Shown: positions 1 through 11,207 of the stretch, in pieces
Position numbering within the stretch: the stretch's first letter is position 1
How the letters are laid out: every line of letters starts with the position of its first letter
NCBI RefSeq assembly: GCF_001194135.2
Contig: NC_068982.1
Span: 64,275,555 to 64,315,213, forward strand
Reading direction: 5' to 3'
Length of the DNA stretch: 39,659 nucleotides
Source: Octopus bimaculoides
Lineage: Eukaryota
Notes under the pieces: model-generated
The model's database searches: none
Told to the model about the DNA's origin: nothing
The model's input: the letters and a program-made list of their open reading frames with translations, nothing else
Program-made: the position numbers and the translations under genes

Positions 1-95
1 TATATAATTTAGCTTACACATCTTCAGGGAAAAAGGTAAAGAACAAAAAGTAAACACCAAAAATATCGTCTCTAAGTCTACTTCATATTCAAATT

Positions 96-141
<46 letters not shown>

Positions 142-440
142 CATATATATGTATTCAAAATGAATTAGAAACAGTCAGAGGGATATAAAGGAACATTATG
201 GAACACACATACACAAGATATGTGTTTTGCTAGCTCGTGGCCAGGTTGCAATTATAAACGTAAGAGAATATATTCTTATCAATTCTCCTGATGTTAAAAC
301 ACCTGGAAGTCATGGACAAGCCACATAACTCGCATCAGATCCTGTTACAGGAGCGATAGACATCGACGTTTAGTCATTTTCGTGACTTGTCAATAGCGCA
401 TGCTCGAAACAAGGCCAGTTGTAAGCTAAATCGCTGTGTA

Positions 441-610
441 TGACTAGATGGTGTAAGAACCATCAAACTGGCAAAACACATACGCTGTGTATGCGTGTTC
501 GACATTGCTCATATCCCTCGGATGCTTCTCATTCATATTTGAATTTTTCCGTGGTATGAAACGTTGGGACATACCAGCAGATGGTTCTTACACTATTTTG
601 CATATAGTCA
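441..610. repeat. Inverted-repeat element (MITE-like or hairpin)
   Basis: Perfect 14-bp inverted repeat GTGTAAGAACCATC (451-464) / GATGGTTCTTACAC (580-593), with outer TGACTA (441-446) / TAGTCA (605-610). Confidence 0.4.
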
Positions 611-616
611 AATGTA

Positions 617-667
<51 letters not shown>

Positions 668-702
668 NNNNNNNNNNNNNNNNNNNNNNNNNNNNNNNNN
701 NT

Positions 703-900
703 ATATATAGTTCAAATTAACAAAAATCAAAAGACGAACACAGGTGAAGGAACAACAAGCAGCTATATTAGTTTGACGCTCGGGAAGAATGGAAAAGTCT
801 TTGACTTTCTGAGCCTACGCTCTTCGACAGAAAGGATTGAGCGGGAAAAAGGTGAGAGAAAAAAAAAACCACGAGAGAAAAAAATGTGTAGGGATTAACG
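703..900 (-). mobile_element. Penelope-like element terminal fragment
   Basis: Minus strand 830-803 reads CTGTCGAAGAGC-GTAG-GCTCAGAAAGTC, resembling the CTGATGA..stem..GAAAC motif of Penelope-like termini. No ORF is present, so the class is inferred. Confidence 0.45.
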
Positions 901-939
901 GTTCAATATGATGAAATATGAAATATTGGTGCGCTTCCC

Positions 940-2630
940 AAGTCACCAGCCTTGCATGCAGACGGCCTTTTCGCCAAGTGGCAATAATATGCACCGGAGT
1001 TTAGCCTATCTGCACGAGTGTGACGGGTAACACAAGCCTGTACCACTTAAAACAAATTCATTGAGGTGGTAGTTTTAAGGCGAGCTGAAAGTCTTATGGT
1101 AACGAAATATGGCGATGGGAACAGGCAAAAGGTGTTGCTGGAGGTTCCTATCCACACATAGACGGCACAGAGGGTGATGGCTGTCTCTCTGTATAATCCG
1201 AAGGCACCTTCAAAATTTGTGTCCTCCTTTGCATGGCAAACAGTCCTATCTAGGTGTAATACTGCTTCTCCGATATCGGTGGCGGGTTGAGAAAAGGAAC
1301 CCTAAAAAGTGTTGCCTTAAATAAGCTTGGCATTAACTGCAGATGTCTAGCCATCGTGTCTGTTGCAGTCGAAATAAAGATAAGATGAATAAAAGAAGCA
1401 TGCTAATCTTTGGTTGTTAGAATGTAAAAACTTTACAAGACAGCAAGGACCGTCAAGAACGCAAAGCAGCACTAATTGCGAAGGTAATCGGCTCCTATAA
1501 TATTGATATTGCCGCTTTAAGTGAAATCAGGCATCCAGACACTGGTGAATTAGAAGCTGTATATGGCTATACTTTTTTTTTTAATGTAAAACCAGCAGAT
1601 GAACCGAGAATTCATGGTGTTGGCTTTGCTATTTAATTGGCTCATTAATACGCTATACATCCCTCAAACTATTGATGAGCGTCTCATGACATTCTGTATC
1701 CCCATAGGTAGTTCCTCATCTATGCACATTATCAACGCATATGCACCTACTTTATCAGCATGCGAACAAGAACACATCTTCTCCAAACTGCAGATAATTT
1801 TCAGTAAATTCCTATACTATGACAAAACTATTTTGATCGGCGATTTTTAATGCCAAAACAGGCAACAAACACACAATGCGATCAAGTACAATAGGAAAGC
1901 ATGAGGCAGGAACGATGAACGAAAACGGTTTACGACAGCTGTCTTTTTGTCAACAGTTTGGTCTAACAATCACAGTGTTTCAGTCGGTAGATAAATTGAA
2001 AATCATCTGGAAACATCCCCGATCTGGTAACTGGCACATGCTTAACTATGTTATAACTAAGTACAAGAATTGTAGTGATTTCGGATTAATCATAACTCAC
2101 AAAACTACAAAACTCCCGACAAAATGGTTCGCAGTGAGGTATTTGTTAAGCCATACACAAAGAGACAACTAGGATCCAGCATACTTCTTAGGGCAAACGT
2201 CCCCTCTTTAAAAATTCCAGAAACGACAAAAAGTTTGATATGCATCTAAATTCAAAGTTTGAGAAAACAGAGGTAAGTTTTGTAGCACAATATTCGTGAC
2301 AACATCAAATCATCAGCTGAAGAAGTTCTAGGATTCGTCAGACGCAAGCAACAAGATTGGTTCGATGAGAACGATTTTCAAATTAAACCTCTCATAGAAA
2401 CTGTGCACAAAAGCACAAGGCATGAATCTCAAAGAAAAACTCACCAACACTCAGACACCTATACACCTCTAAGAAAACTACATAGAAAAACTGCGTGAGA
2501 TGAAAAATTCTTGGTGATCAAAATAAGTCTCAAAATTGGAACAGGCTGCTAACTCTCACAACTTGAGAGCATTGTATGGCAATCTGAAAAGTGTATTTCA
2601 TCCCCCAAAATGTTGGTACAGAGCTTATTC
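940..2630 (+). mobile_element. RTE-clade LINE, 5' half (5' UTR + APE endonuclease + linker), decayed, RT absent
   Basis: ATG at 1385 gives MNKRSMLIFGC*NVKTLQD..ERKAALIAKVIGSYNIDIAALSEIR. Across frameshifts it continues HGVGFAI, IINAYAPT, ILIGDF(NA), NENG, WKHPRSGNWHMLNYVI, RRKQQDWFDEND and KLREMKNSW, the motif order of RTE/BovB-type ORFs. Contains stops and frameshifts. Confidence 0.92.
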
Positions 2631-2640
2631 TTTTTAACGA

Positions 2641-2793
2641 CGGACGTGGCTGTGTGGTAAGAAACTTGCTTCCCAGCCATCTGGTTCCGGGTTCAGTCTC
2701 ACTGCGTGGCACATTGGGCAAGTGTCTTCTACTATAGCCTCGGGCTGACGAAAGCCTTGTGAGTGGATTTGATATACATATATATATATATAT

Positions 2794-2833
<40 letters not shown>

Positions 2834-2842
2834 ATATATATA

Positions 2843-2884
<42 letters not shown>

Positions 2885-3160
2885 TGTGTGCGTGCGTGTG
2901 TGTGTGCTTTTGTGTATGTGTGGCTGTTTCTGTGTCTGTGTCTGTGCTTGTCCGTCCACCATCGCTCGAGAAACGGGTGTTGTTGTGTTTACGCCCCCAT
3001 TGCTTAGCGTTTCGGCGTAAGAGACCGATATAATGAGTACCAGTACTTTTTAAAAATAAGTATTGGGGACGATTCAGTCGACTAACATTCTTTAAGGTGG
3101 TACCCCAGCATGGCCACAGTCTAATGACTGAAACAAGTAAGAGACAAAAGATAAGATAAA
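2641..3160 (+). mobile_element. tRNA-derived SINE, family A (internal microsatellite), near full length
   Basis: A-box-like TGGCTGTGTGG, B-box-like GGTTCAGTCTC, CORE-like GGCACATTGGGCAAGTGTCTTC, internal TA/CA/TG tract, and 3' end CCAGCATGGCCACAGTCTAATGACTGAAACAAG shared with other copies in the window. Confidence 0.88.
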
Positions 3161-3395
3161 TATAATTTATATATCCGTTTGTTGTTTTAGTTTTCTACCA
3201 GAGTGACCGACGAGACACATTGCATTTTATCATATGTAAGATATATATATATATGTGCGTGTGTGTGTTGATATGAGTATATATACATATACACATGTAT
3301 GTGGGACTGTATGTTTGCATATACGCTTGTTTATATAGGCATATTTATATGTATGTGTGTACAGGCATATATATATATATATTTCTAAACACATA

Positions 3396-3429
<34 letters not shown>

Positions 3430-5079
3430 TANNNNNNNNNNNNNNNNNNNNNNNNNNNNNNNNNNNNNNNNNNNNNNNNNNNNNNNNNNNNNNNNNNNNN
3501 NNNNNNNNNNNNNNNNNNNNNNNNNNNNNNNNNNNNNNNNNNNNNNNNNNNNNNNNNNNNNNNNNNNNNNNNNNNNNNNNNNNNNNNNNNNNNNNNNNNN
3601 NNNNNNNNNNNNNNNNNNNNNNNNNNNNNNNNNNNNNNNNNNNNNNNNNNNNNNNNNNNNNNNNNNNNNNNNNNNNNNNNNNNNNNNNNNNNNNNNNNNN
3701 NNNNNNNNNNNNNNNNNNNNNNNNNNNNNNNNNNNNNNNNNNNNNNNNNNNNNNNNNNNNNNNNNNNNNNNNNNNNNNNNNNNNNNNNNNNNNNNNNNNN
3801 NNNNNNNNNNNNNNNNNNNNNNNNNNNNNNNNNNNNNNNNNNNNNNNNNNNNNNNNNNNNNNNNNNNNNNNNNNNNNNNNNNNNNNNNNNNNNNNNNNNN
3901 NNNNNNNNNNNNNNNNNNNNNNNNNNNNNNNNNNNNNNNNNNNNNNNNNNNNNNNNATATATATATATATATATACACATATACATATATATATATCCAC
4001 ATCTTATCGATGCATATATCTATGAAAAATGTGTTATCCTTATACATTTATCTTCTGGATATATGTGTAACGACATGCAAGTTGCATGTGTCCATTTGTC
4101 TACAAATATAATATAAATAGCCTCATTAGAAACAGATTAAACAATCCTAATAAACATTTATAGTAACATAATCTTCTAAATTGAAAGCTTCCAAAAATAA
4201 CCAGATTTAAATAATAACACGACACGGAATTAGTCTGACCTAAACTGTGCAAAGAACTGTATAAACATTCTTTTATGAATCCTAAAATACCCCCTCCCCA
4301 CCAAAAAACAACCTTATGTACAAGGATTGTTATGACCTGAATTTGACATATTTGTTTACTGCTTTACTTCAACGCTTGGAAAATAAAAAAAGTCCCCTAT
4401 AAAATTTCTATAGCAAATCAAAATATATCACTTCGCCATTTCTTTCTATCACCGTCCCCTCTGAAAACACATACCGTCCCTCAATACTGTTCTTTTTTCT
4501 ATCTCTCTACCCAACACAACATTTGGTTCTAACCACCTGGATTACACCTAATCCTCATTTACATTGCTTCACCTATAAAAAAAAAAGAAGAAAGAAACCG
4601 GAAAGAGTCAAAGTAAACTACGACCTGAGGAGGGGTGCAAGCCGGAACGCTGAATACATTATCAACCTTTCGTTACAAAAGCTAATAAATATGTTCTCTA
4701 CTTTAAAGNNNNNNNNNNNNNNNNNNNNNNNNNNNNNNNNNNNNNNNNNNNNNNNNNNNNNNNNNNNNNNNNNNNNNNNNNNNNNNNNNNNNNNNNNNNN
4801 NNNNNNNNNNNNNNNNNNNNNNNNNNNNNNNNNNNNNNNNNNNNNNNNNNNNNNNNNNNNNNNNNNNNNNNNNNNNNNNNNNNNNNNNNNNNNNNNNNNN
4901 NNNNNNNNNNNNNNNNNNNNNNNNNNNNNNNNNNNNNNNNNNNNNNNNNNNNNNNNNNNNNNNNNNNNNNNNNNNNNNNNNNNNNNNNNNNNNNNNNNNN
5001 NNNNNNNNNNNNNNNNNNNNNNNNNNNNNNNNNNNNNNNNNNNNNNNNNNNNNNNNNNNNNNNNNNNNNNNNNNNNNNN

Positions 5080-5111
<32 letters not shown>

Positions 5112-5125
5112 TATATGTATGTATG

Positions 5126-5159
<34 letters not shown>

Positions 5160-5263
5160 TGTGTGTGTGTATGTGTGTGTATGTTTGTGTGTCTGTGTTT
5201 GCCCCCTCCCACCATCGCTTGACAACCGATGACGGTGTGTTTACTTCCCCGTAACTTAGCGGT
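5080..5263 (+). mobile_element. SINE family A, internal fragment
   Basis: Microsatellite followed by CCACCATCGCTTGACAACCGATGACGGTGTGTTTACTTCCCCGTAACTTAGCGGTT, matching 2955-3015, 14205-14255 and 22050-22100. Confidence 0.8.
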
Positions 5264-5462
5264 TAATACTGTCATTTGATGGATCTAAATATTGACTCTA
5301 GTATTTAGTAGACGTACTTGTGACAATTTATAATGATTTAACCAACCTGGTAACCGTACTAATGAGAAGTGCCCTTTCAGATAAAACGATACAATGATAG
5401 GTGTCTATTTACTTTTGAGATTTTTGTGAGAGAGAGAGAGATAGATCGATAGGTACATACAT

Positions 5463-5528
<66 letters not shown>

Positions 5529-6049
5529 ATATACATTTCATATGCATTTCTATATACTTTACGTCTAAACATCTTGTATTCAAAATGAAAATGCAGATAT
5601 GTTCTAATTTATGTATATATGAACAGACAGAGCTAGAGTTGTATAAATAATGTTTATTTTCTACCATCTCACAGCTGAAGGTTTTGGAATTGTATTGTGA
5701 CTTGCATGCATTAAGCATTGAATACAAAATCCTCTGAAAACATAATTGTGACATCGTGACATCTGACGTCATTTAATAACTACAATCTTGATTAGAATAA
5801 AAGCAAATATAAATGCAAGATAATATCAGTATAGAATAATGGTAGAGGTAGGAATAATATAGCTTTAAACATCTTCCATTAACACAAAAATAGAAAGGAA
5901 AGAATTATCTTTAAGAATTCATTTTATTACTTCTTAAAATTACTGAGCAGTGGTATTGCAACAGTGGCCAATTATAAGTAAATATAGTATGAGCGAGGTC
6001 AACGATAATTTTTCATGTTACCTCTTGCTTATCATACTTCGTATAACAT

Positions 6050-6520
6050 GTGTGTTTGATGTTTTTGCCCATGTCTTGTTCAAATAGCTAGTGTTTGTAT
6101 AGATGTTGTTCAGTTATGGTTCTTAGAATCAATAATAAAGACACATTTCTGTAAACGTTTGTTCGAATTACGATCGTTTTACAACAATTAATTACTGAAT
6201 TATATAATTACTGAATTCAATAAGTATACCCCCAGATGATTGCAAACTAGTTCTTCGTTATTTATAGTCTTTTGCTAATGTTTATAACATTTTTGTCCGT
6301 TTTCATATCGTGGTGATTGCCCAGTGGACATGGTTTTGGGCTCGATTATGTCTGTAGATATATTCAAACTTGGCAAGCACGGAGCATCTGGAGACGATTA
6401 AGTCAACTATTTCATTGCACTTGTTATATACTCTGTACTTAATGATAACATCTTCTTCTGTGGCTTTGGTTTTGTAGTTGATTGAGGCTAGGCATTGATC
6501 TTGTGGGGTATGTATGGATA
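6050..6520 (-). mobile_element. RLE-type (R4/Dong-like) LINE C-terminal fragment, old
   Basis: PQDQCLASINYKTK..KYRVYNKCNEIVDLIVSRCSVLAKFEYIYRHNRAQNHVHW aligns with AQDQSLASRN..KCRICGDEEETINHIVSGCPVLAKKEYIHRYDRVRTYIHW at 34.65-34.85 kb. Confidence 0.72.
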
Positions 6521-7800
6521 TACAAGTCATCAGGACACAAAAGACTACAAAATGATTCCGGTGTTGTGCTTTCTTGTGAGTACGAAAAGTAAGGCTTCAC
6601 AGCTAGACTTTTGGAGATTACTTAGGAATTTTTTGCTCTCAATAGGTGGAAAAACTAAAAGGGAAACAGTAAGAGCAGATCACAGGTGCTTTGTTCCAAC
6701 GGTACTGCCAGACACAGCTTCATACGCGTGGAAAGGGATCAGTATGTCTTCAGTTTCAATAACCGACCAAGAAGCTATAACCAGCTTCGCCACTTTATCG
6801 TTTTTTGACGATGTAGAAGAAATGGAAAGCGATTAGAGGTGGCAGACGACCGAAAGCATTGAGAAAGACAAGAAACAGAAAAAGAGTTTGAAAAACAAAA
6901 CAAAAAAGACTAAAACCTTAAGTGAAGGGAAAACGTGAGAAAGAGCCCACTTACTCCAAAACTGCATTGAAATTTACAGTTCTTTGTACAATAAGCACGA
7001 AACGTAGTGTACACGGAAATATATAAAAAAAAGTTTCATCTCTAAAGATGTGGTTAATAGAAAAGTTATAATCTTACAAAATTTCAGGCAAATTTACATA
7101 ATTGCTTTAAATTGTTGAGATTTCTTTGCTTCAAACGTTCTTATAAATACATTACCAGCAAATTCCAAAATTGCAAAATTGTCTTTTACGCGCTGTTATT
7201 TCAGGGAAAGGCTGTATCCATTACATCTGTCATTAATAATGCATTTAAGGTTCTTCCGCTGTATATACGAAAGGACTGCATTAGGAAAATGTTATCCGAG
7301 GCCAGTAAAAATAACAGAAATATATCATATTGAAAAGCTCTCAATTTGTTGTTGTTAAATAATCTATTGCATATTTTATACAATTTCTTCATTTATTATT
7401 AAAACTCCGTGCGTCATTCCTAAAATTTAGAAGACAAATATGAAAAATAAGGAATTCCATATTTTAAATTTATCGAGACATACGCAGATATACACATAAC
7501 TACATACATAGTTAGGCACTCACATATATTTGTGTGTGTGCGTGCTTATATGAAAAAGCGATATAGATATATACAGAGAAAAATAAAGCACAAAAAGACA
7601 ATGATGCATGAATAGATAGATAGGTAGCAAAAGATGGGAAGAAAACATAATGGAGATATTTTCAATACATTAATAAAGAGGTAAAAAGAGAGAAAGTACA
7701 TGAAGAGATTTTGTGCGGCTACCAAAAAGTTGTCAAGCAACAATCTTGAAACGTTTTGACATTTTGAGATGCAAATAGTCTAACTAAATTACCAAATACA

Positions 7801-7831
<31 letters not shown>

Positions 7832-8443
7832 NNNNNNNNNNNNNNNNNNNNNNNNNNNNNNNNNNNNNNNNNNNNNNNNNNNNNNNNNNNNNNNNNNNNN
7901 NNNNNNNNNNNNNNNNNNNNNNNNNNNNNNNNNNNNNNNNNNNNNNNNNNNNNNNNNNNNNNNNNNNNNNNNNNNNNNNNNNNNNNNNNNNNNNNNNNNN
8001 NNNNNNNNNNNNNNNNNNNNNNNNNNNNNNNNNNNNNNNNNNNNNNNNNNNNNNNNNNNNNNNNNNNNNNNNNNNNNNNNNNNNNNNNNNNNNNNNNNNN
8101 NNNNNNNNNNNNNNNNNNNNNNNNNNNNNNNNNNNNNNNNNNNNNNNNNNNNNNNNNNNNNNNNNNNNNNNNNNNNNNNNNNNNNNNNNNNNNNNNNNNN
8201 NNNNNNNNNNNNNNNNNNNNNNNNNNNNNNNNNNNNNNNNNNNNNNNNNNNNNNNNNNNNNNNNNNNNNNNNNNNNNNNNNNNNNNNNNNNNNNNNNNNN
8301 NNNNNNNNNNNNNNNNNNNNNNNNNNNNNNNNNNNNNNNNNNNNNNNNNNNNNNNNNNNNNNNNNNNNNNNNNNNNNNNNNNNNNNNNNNNNNNNNNNNN
8401 NNNNNNNNNNNNNNNNNNNNNNNTATATACATACATACATACA

Positions 8444-8474
<31 letters not shown>

Positions 8475-8483
8475 GTGTTTGTG

Positions 8484-8806
8484 TGAAGATGCGTGGCTTA
8501 GTGGTTGAGATATTCGGCTCACGATTGTAAGGTCGTGAGTTCAATTCTCGGCGACGTGTTGTGCCCTTGAGCAAGACACTTTATTTTCACGTTGTTCCAG
8601 TCCACTCAGCTGGCAAAAATGAATTGTACCTGTATTTCAAAGGTCCAACTTTGTCACATTCTATGTCATGCTGAATCTCCTGAGAACTGTGTTAGGGGTA
8701 CACGTGTGTGTGGAATGCTCAACCAATTTCACGTTGATTTCACGAGCAGGATGTTCCGTTGATCGTATCAGCTGGGACCCTCGTCGTCGTAACCGACCGA
8801 GTGCTC
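8484..8806 (+). mobile_element. tRNA-derived SINE, family B
   Basis: A-box TGGCTTAGTGG, B-box GTTCAATTC (8539-8547), CORE-like GTGCCCTTGAGCAAGACACTT..CCAGTCCACTCAGCTG; homologous to 18087-18423 and 21400-21720. Confidence 0.88.
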
Positions 8807-9075
8807 CTAGACATATATCCCTTCATCTGTACAGTTGCTTCAATAAATCTTTCTATTTCTTCAAAGGCCAGGCTCATTGATACAACTGTACACTTGCAAA
8901 GGCATTACACGGTTAGTAAAAGAAATATTTGTTTTGGATCGTATTCAATATATGCAGGTATACACACACACACGCACAAACACACGCGCACACATGCGCC
9001 TTTAGTCACTTTAGTAACGATTGTACTTGTGCCTTTTGATTTTAAATTGCTACTAGCCACTTTAATAATAATAAT

Positions 9076-9110
<35 letters not shown>

Positions 9111-9429
9111 NNNNNNNNNNNNNNNNNNNNNNNNNNNNNNNNNNNNNNNNNNNNNNNNNNNNNNNNNNNNNNNNNNNNNNNNNNNNNNNNNNNNNNNNNN
9201 NNNNNNNNNNNNNNNNNNNNNNNNNNNNNNNNNNNNNNNNNNNNNNNNNNNNNNNNNNNNNNNNNNNNNNNNNNNNNNNNNNNNNNNNNNNNNNNNNNNN
9301 NNNNNNNNNNNNNNNNNNNNNNNNNNNNNNNNNNNNNNNNNNNNNNNNNNNNNNNNNNNNNNNNNNNNNNNNNNNNNNNNNNNNNNNNNNNNNNNNNNNN
9401 NNNNNNNNNNNNNNNNNNNNNTGCAAAGC

Positions 9430-9855
9430 TCCATCTTTGGAATGTACATAGCAAAGACAATGTCACATCTTAAACTTAAGAAAAGCCTTGCATATTTTTG
9501 TTGTTCCACTTACAGGTTGTATTTGTAGTATACGAATTAGTTGACTGATTTTTTTTTTTCTGAATACCCTAGCTTATCCAGGTTGTTACTTAGGTATTTA
9601 CTCACAAAACTAAGAGCACCAAATATTATTAGTTATAAATGTTAATTTATAAACTGGATATAGAAACTGGAGGTTTCGAAGCACTTGTCCTTTGCTATTC
9701 TCTTTCTCTTTGATTTTTAAAGAGATCTTCACATCAGCAGGGTACATAATTTTCTTGTCTGTCTCAAACAAAAATATCCGGTATGTTATGTTTACACTTG
9801 ACAGATGTTTTGATGGGTATGTTCCACTAGTATTCCTTGTGTTGAAGTTTGTGTA
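9430..9855 (-). mobile_element. RLE LINE family 2, 3' fragment
   Basis: Minus strand reads HKLQHKEY*WNIPIKTSVKCKHNIPDIF (PD motif), YPADVKISLKIKEKEN..LRNLQFLYP, LIRILQIQPVSGTTKICKAFLKFKM*. Confidence 0.8.
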
Positions 9856-10383
9856 TGTCATTATCCATTTTTATTCCAAGATTTTTTGACAACAAAGAGA
9901 GAAACCCCTTTCTAACCTAGATTCATTGGAATTTTAACACTAACAGGGTATTTTTGCATGTATGCAAGTATATATGTACAGTATTTGGAATTACTGCATG
10001 CGCAGGTTTCTACGTTTTGTTTTATGTATATGCTCCCATGCATATAGTTGCATGTCTAGACATGCGCTTACATACTTAAATGGTAAGCTTTCGAAAGTTT
10101 TGGTTTAGATCTATATATAGCCTTCGAATCAGCTTTCTCTTTTCTGGTTTTGAGTAGCCTAATTTTTCAAGATTGGTATTTAGGCAATGTGTTACTTATA
10201 TCAGTACCCCAATAATTATAGGTATAAATCTGAACTTGTAATATGGGTTGAAGAACTGTAGATTTCTCAATAGTTCAGCATAGGTATTTTCTTTCTCGTT
10301 GATCTTTAGCTTTATGTTAACATCTGCTGGGCAGCTGATTTCTACTACTATATACAGTTTATCTTCTCTATCCTAGATCACTA
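9853..10383 (-). mobile_element. RLE LINE family 2, 3' fragment with 3' UTR
   Basis: DREDKLYIVVEISCPADVNIKLKINEKENTYAELLRNLQ..KFRFIPIIIG; the UTR matches 36816-37140; tandem with the 9430-9855 copy. Confidence 0.85.
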
Positions 10384-10476
10384 TGTGGGGTCTATTATGC
10401 ATGTATGTATGTATGTATGTATGTATGTATGTATGTATGCATGTATGTATGGATGTATTTATGTATGTATGTATAT

Positions 10477-11112
10477 ACTTTGTACTTTACTGCTGCTTTT
10501 ACTCATGCTTTTGCTAAGGTTAGCTCTCTGGGAATATATGTCAGATATCGATCTTCTGGCCGCCTCTTTAATCTTCGCCGATTTGCTGCCAATTCAAAGG
10601 TTCTCCAGTCTATTATTCGTGACCTCCTTTATGCAGATGACTGTGACTTAGTCACTCATACAGTGGATGACATGCAAATACTTACGAATTGCATTTCTGC
10701 TTCTTGCAAGGCATTTATACTTAGCATTAGCCTGGACAAGACTGTTGTAATGTTCCAGCCTGCACCAGGAAATCCATATGTGAAACCAGCTATCTTGGTT
10801 GAAGGAACAATTCTGAAGGTAGTAGACAAGTTTGTCTACCTGGGCAGCACACTCAGCCGTTTTTGCTCCCTGGATGAGGAAATATCTTTCAGGTTGCAGA
10901 GAGCAACTAATTCCTTCCGGTCTCTTCAGTCTCGTGTCTGGTCTCAACATGGCATAGCAAGGCAAACAAAAGTTGCTGTGTACCGTGCATGTGTACTGAC
11001 ATCGCTACTCTGCTCATGTGAGACATTGACTCTGTACAAGCGTCAGTTAAGGGTCCTTGAATGCTTTCATCAGAGATGTCTCAGGCACATTTTCAATGTT
11101 GGCTGGACCTCA
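10477..11112 (+). mobile_element. RTE-clade LINE RT fragment (copy 1), open frame, ends at a gap
   Basis: YRSSGRLFNLRRF..DLLYADDCDLV (YADD at 10630-10641), VDKFVYLGSTLS, KVAVYRACVLTSLLCSCET, FHQRCLRHI. Confidence 0.95.
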
Positions 11113-11207
11113 NNNNNNNNNNTTTATATATACATACATATGTATATATATATATATACATATACATACATACATATAAATGTATGTATGTATATATATA
11201 TTTTTTC

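Noticed and set aside
5764-5771. Perfect CRE palindrome TGACGTCA
   Set aside because: A single 8-mer in over 30 kb is unremarkable without supporting context.
6530-6960. 113-aa ORF (6495-6836) and flanking sequence
   Set aside because: No recognisable motif in any frame I read and no convincing splice pair; it stays unexplained and may be old TE.
7180-7333. Good-looking splice acceptor TTATTTCAG (about 7204) followed by a short open frame
   Set aside because: No clear donor, no recognisable peptide and no partner exons.
8484-8560. tRNA-like heads (here and at 2641, 17.3, 18.1, 23.0, 27.6 and 28.1 kb) as tRNA genes
   Set aside because: Each continues into SINE body sequence and none gives a complete cloverleaf with an acceptor stem.
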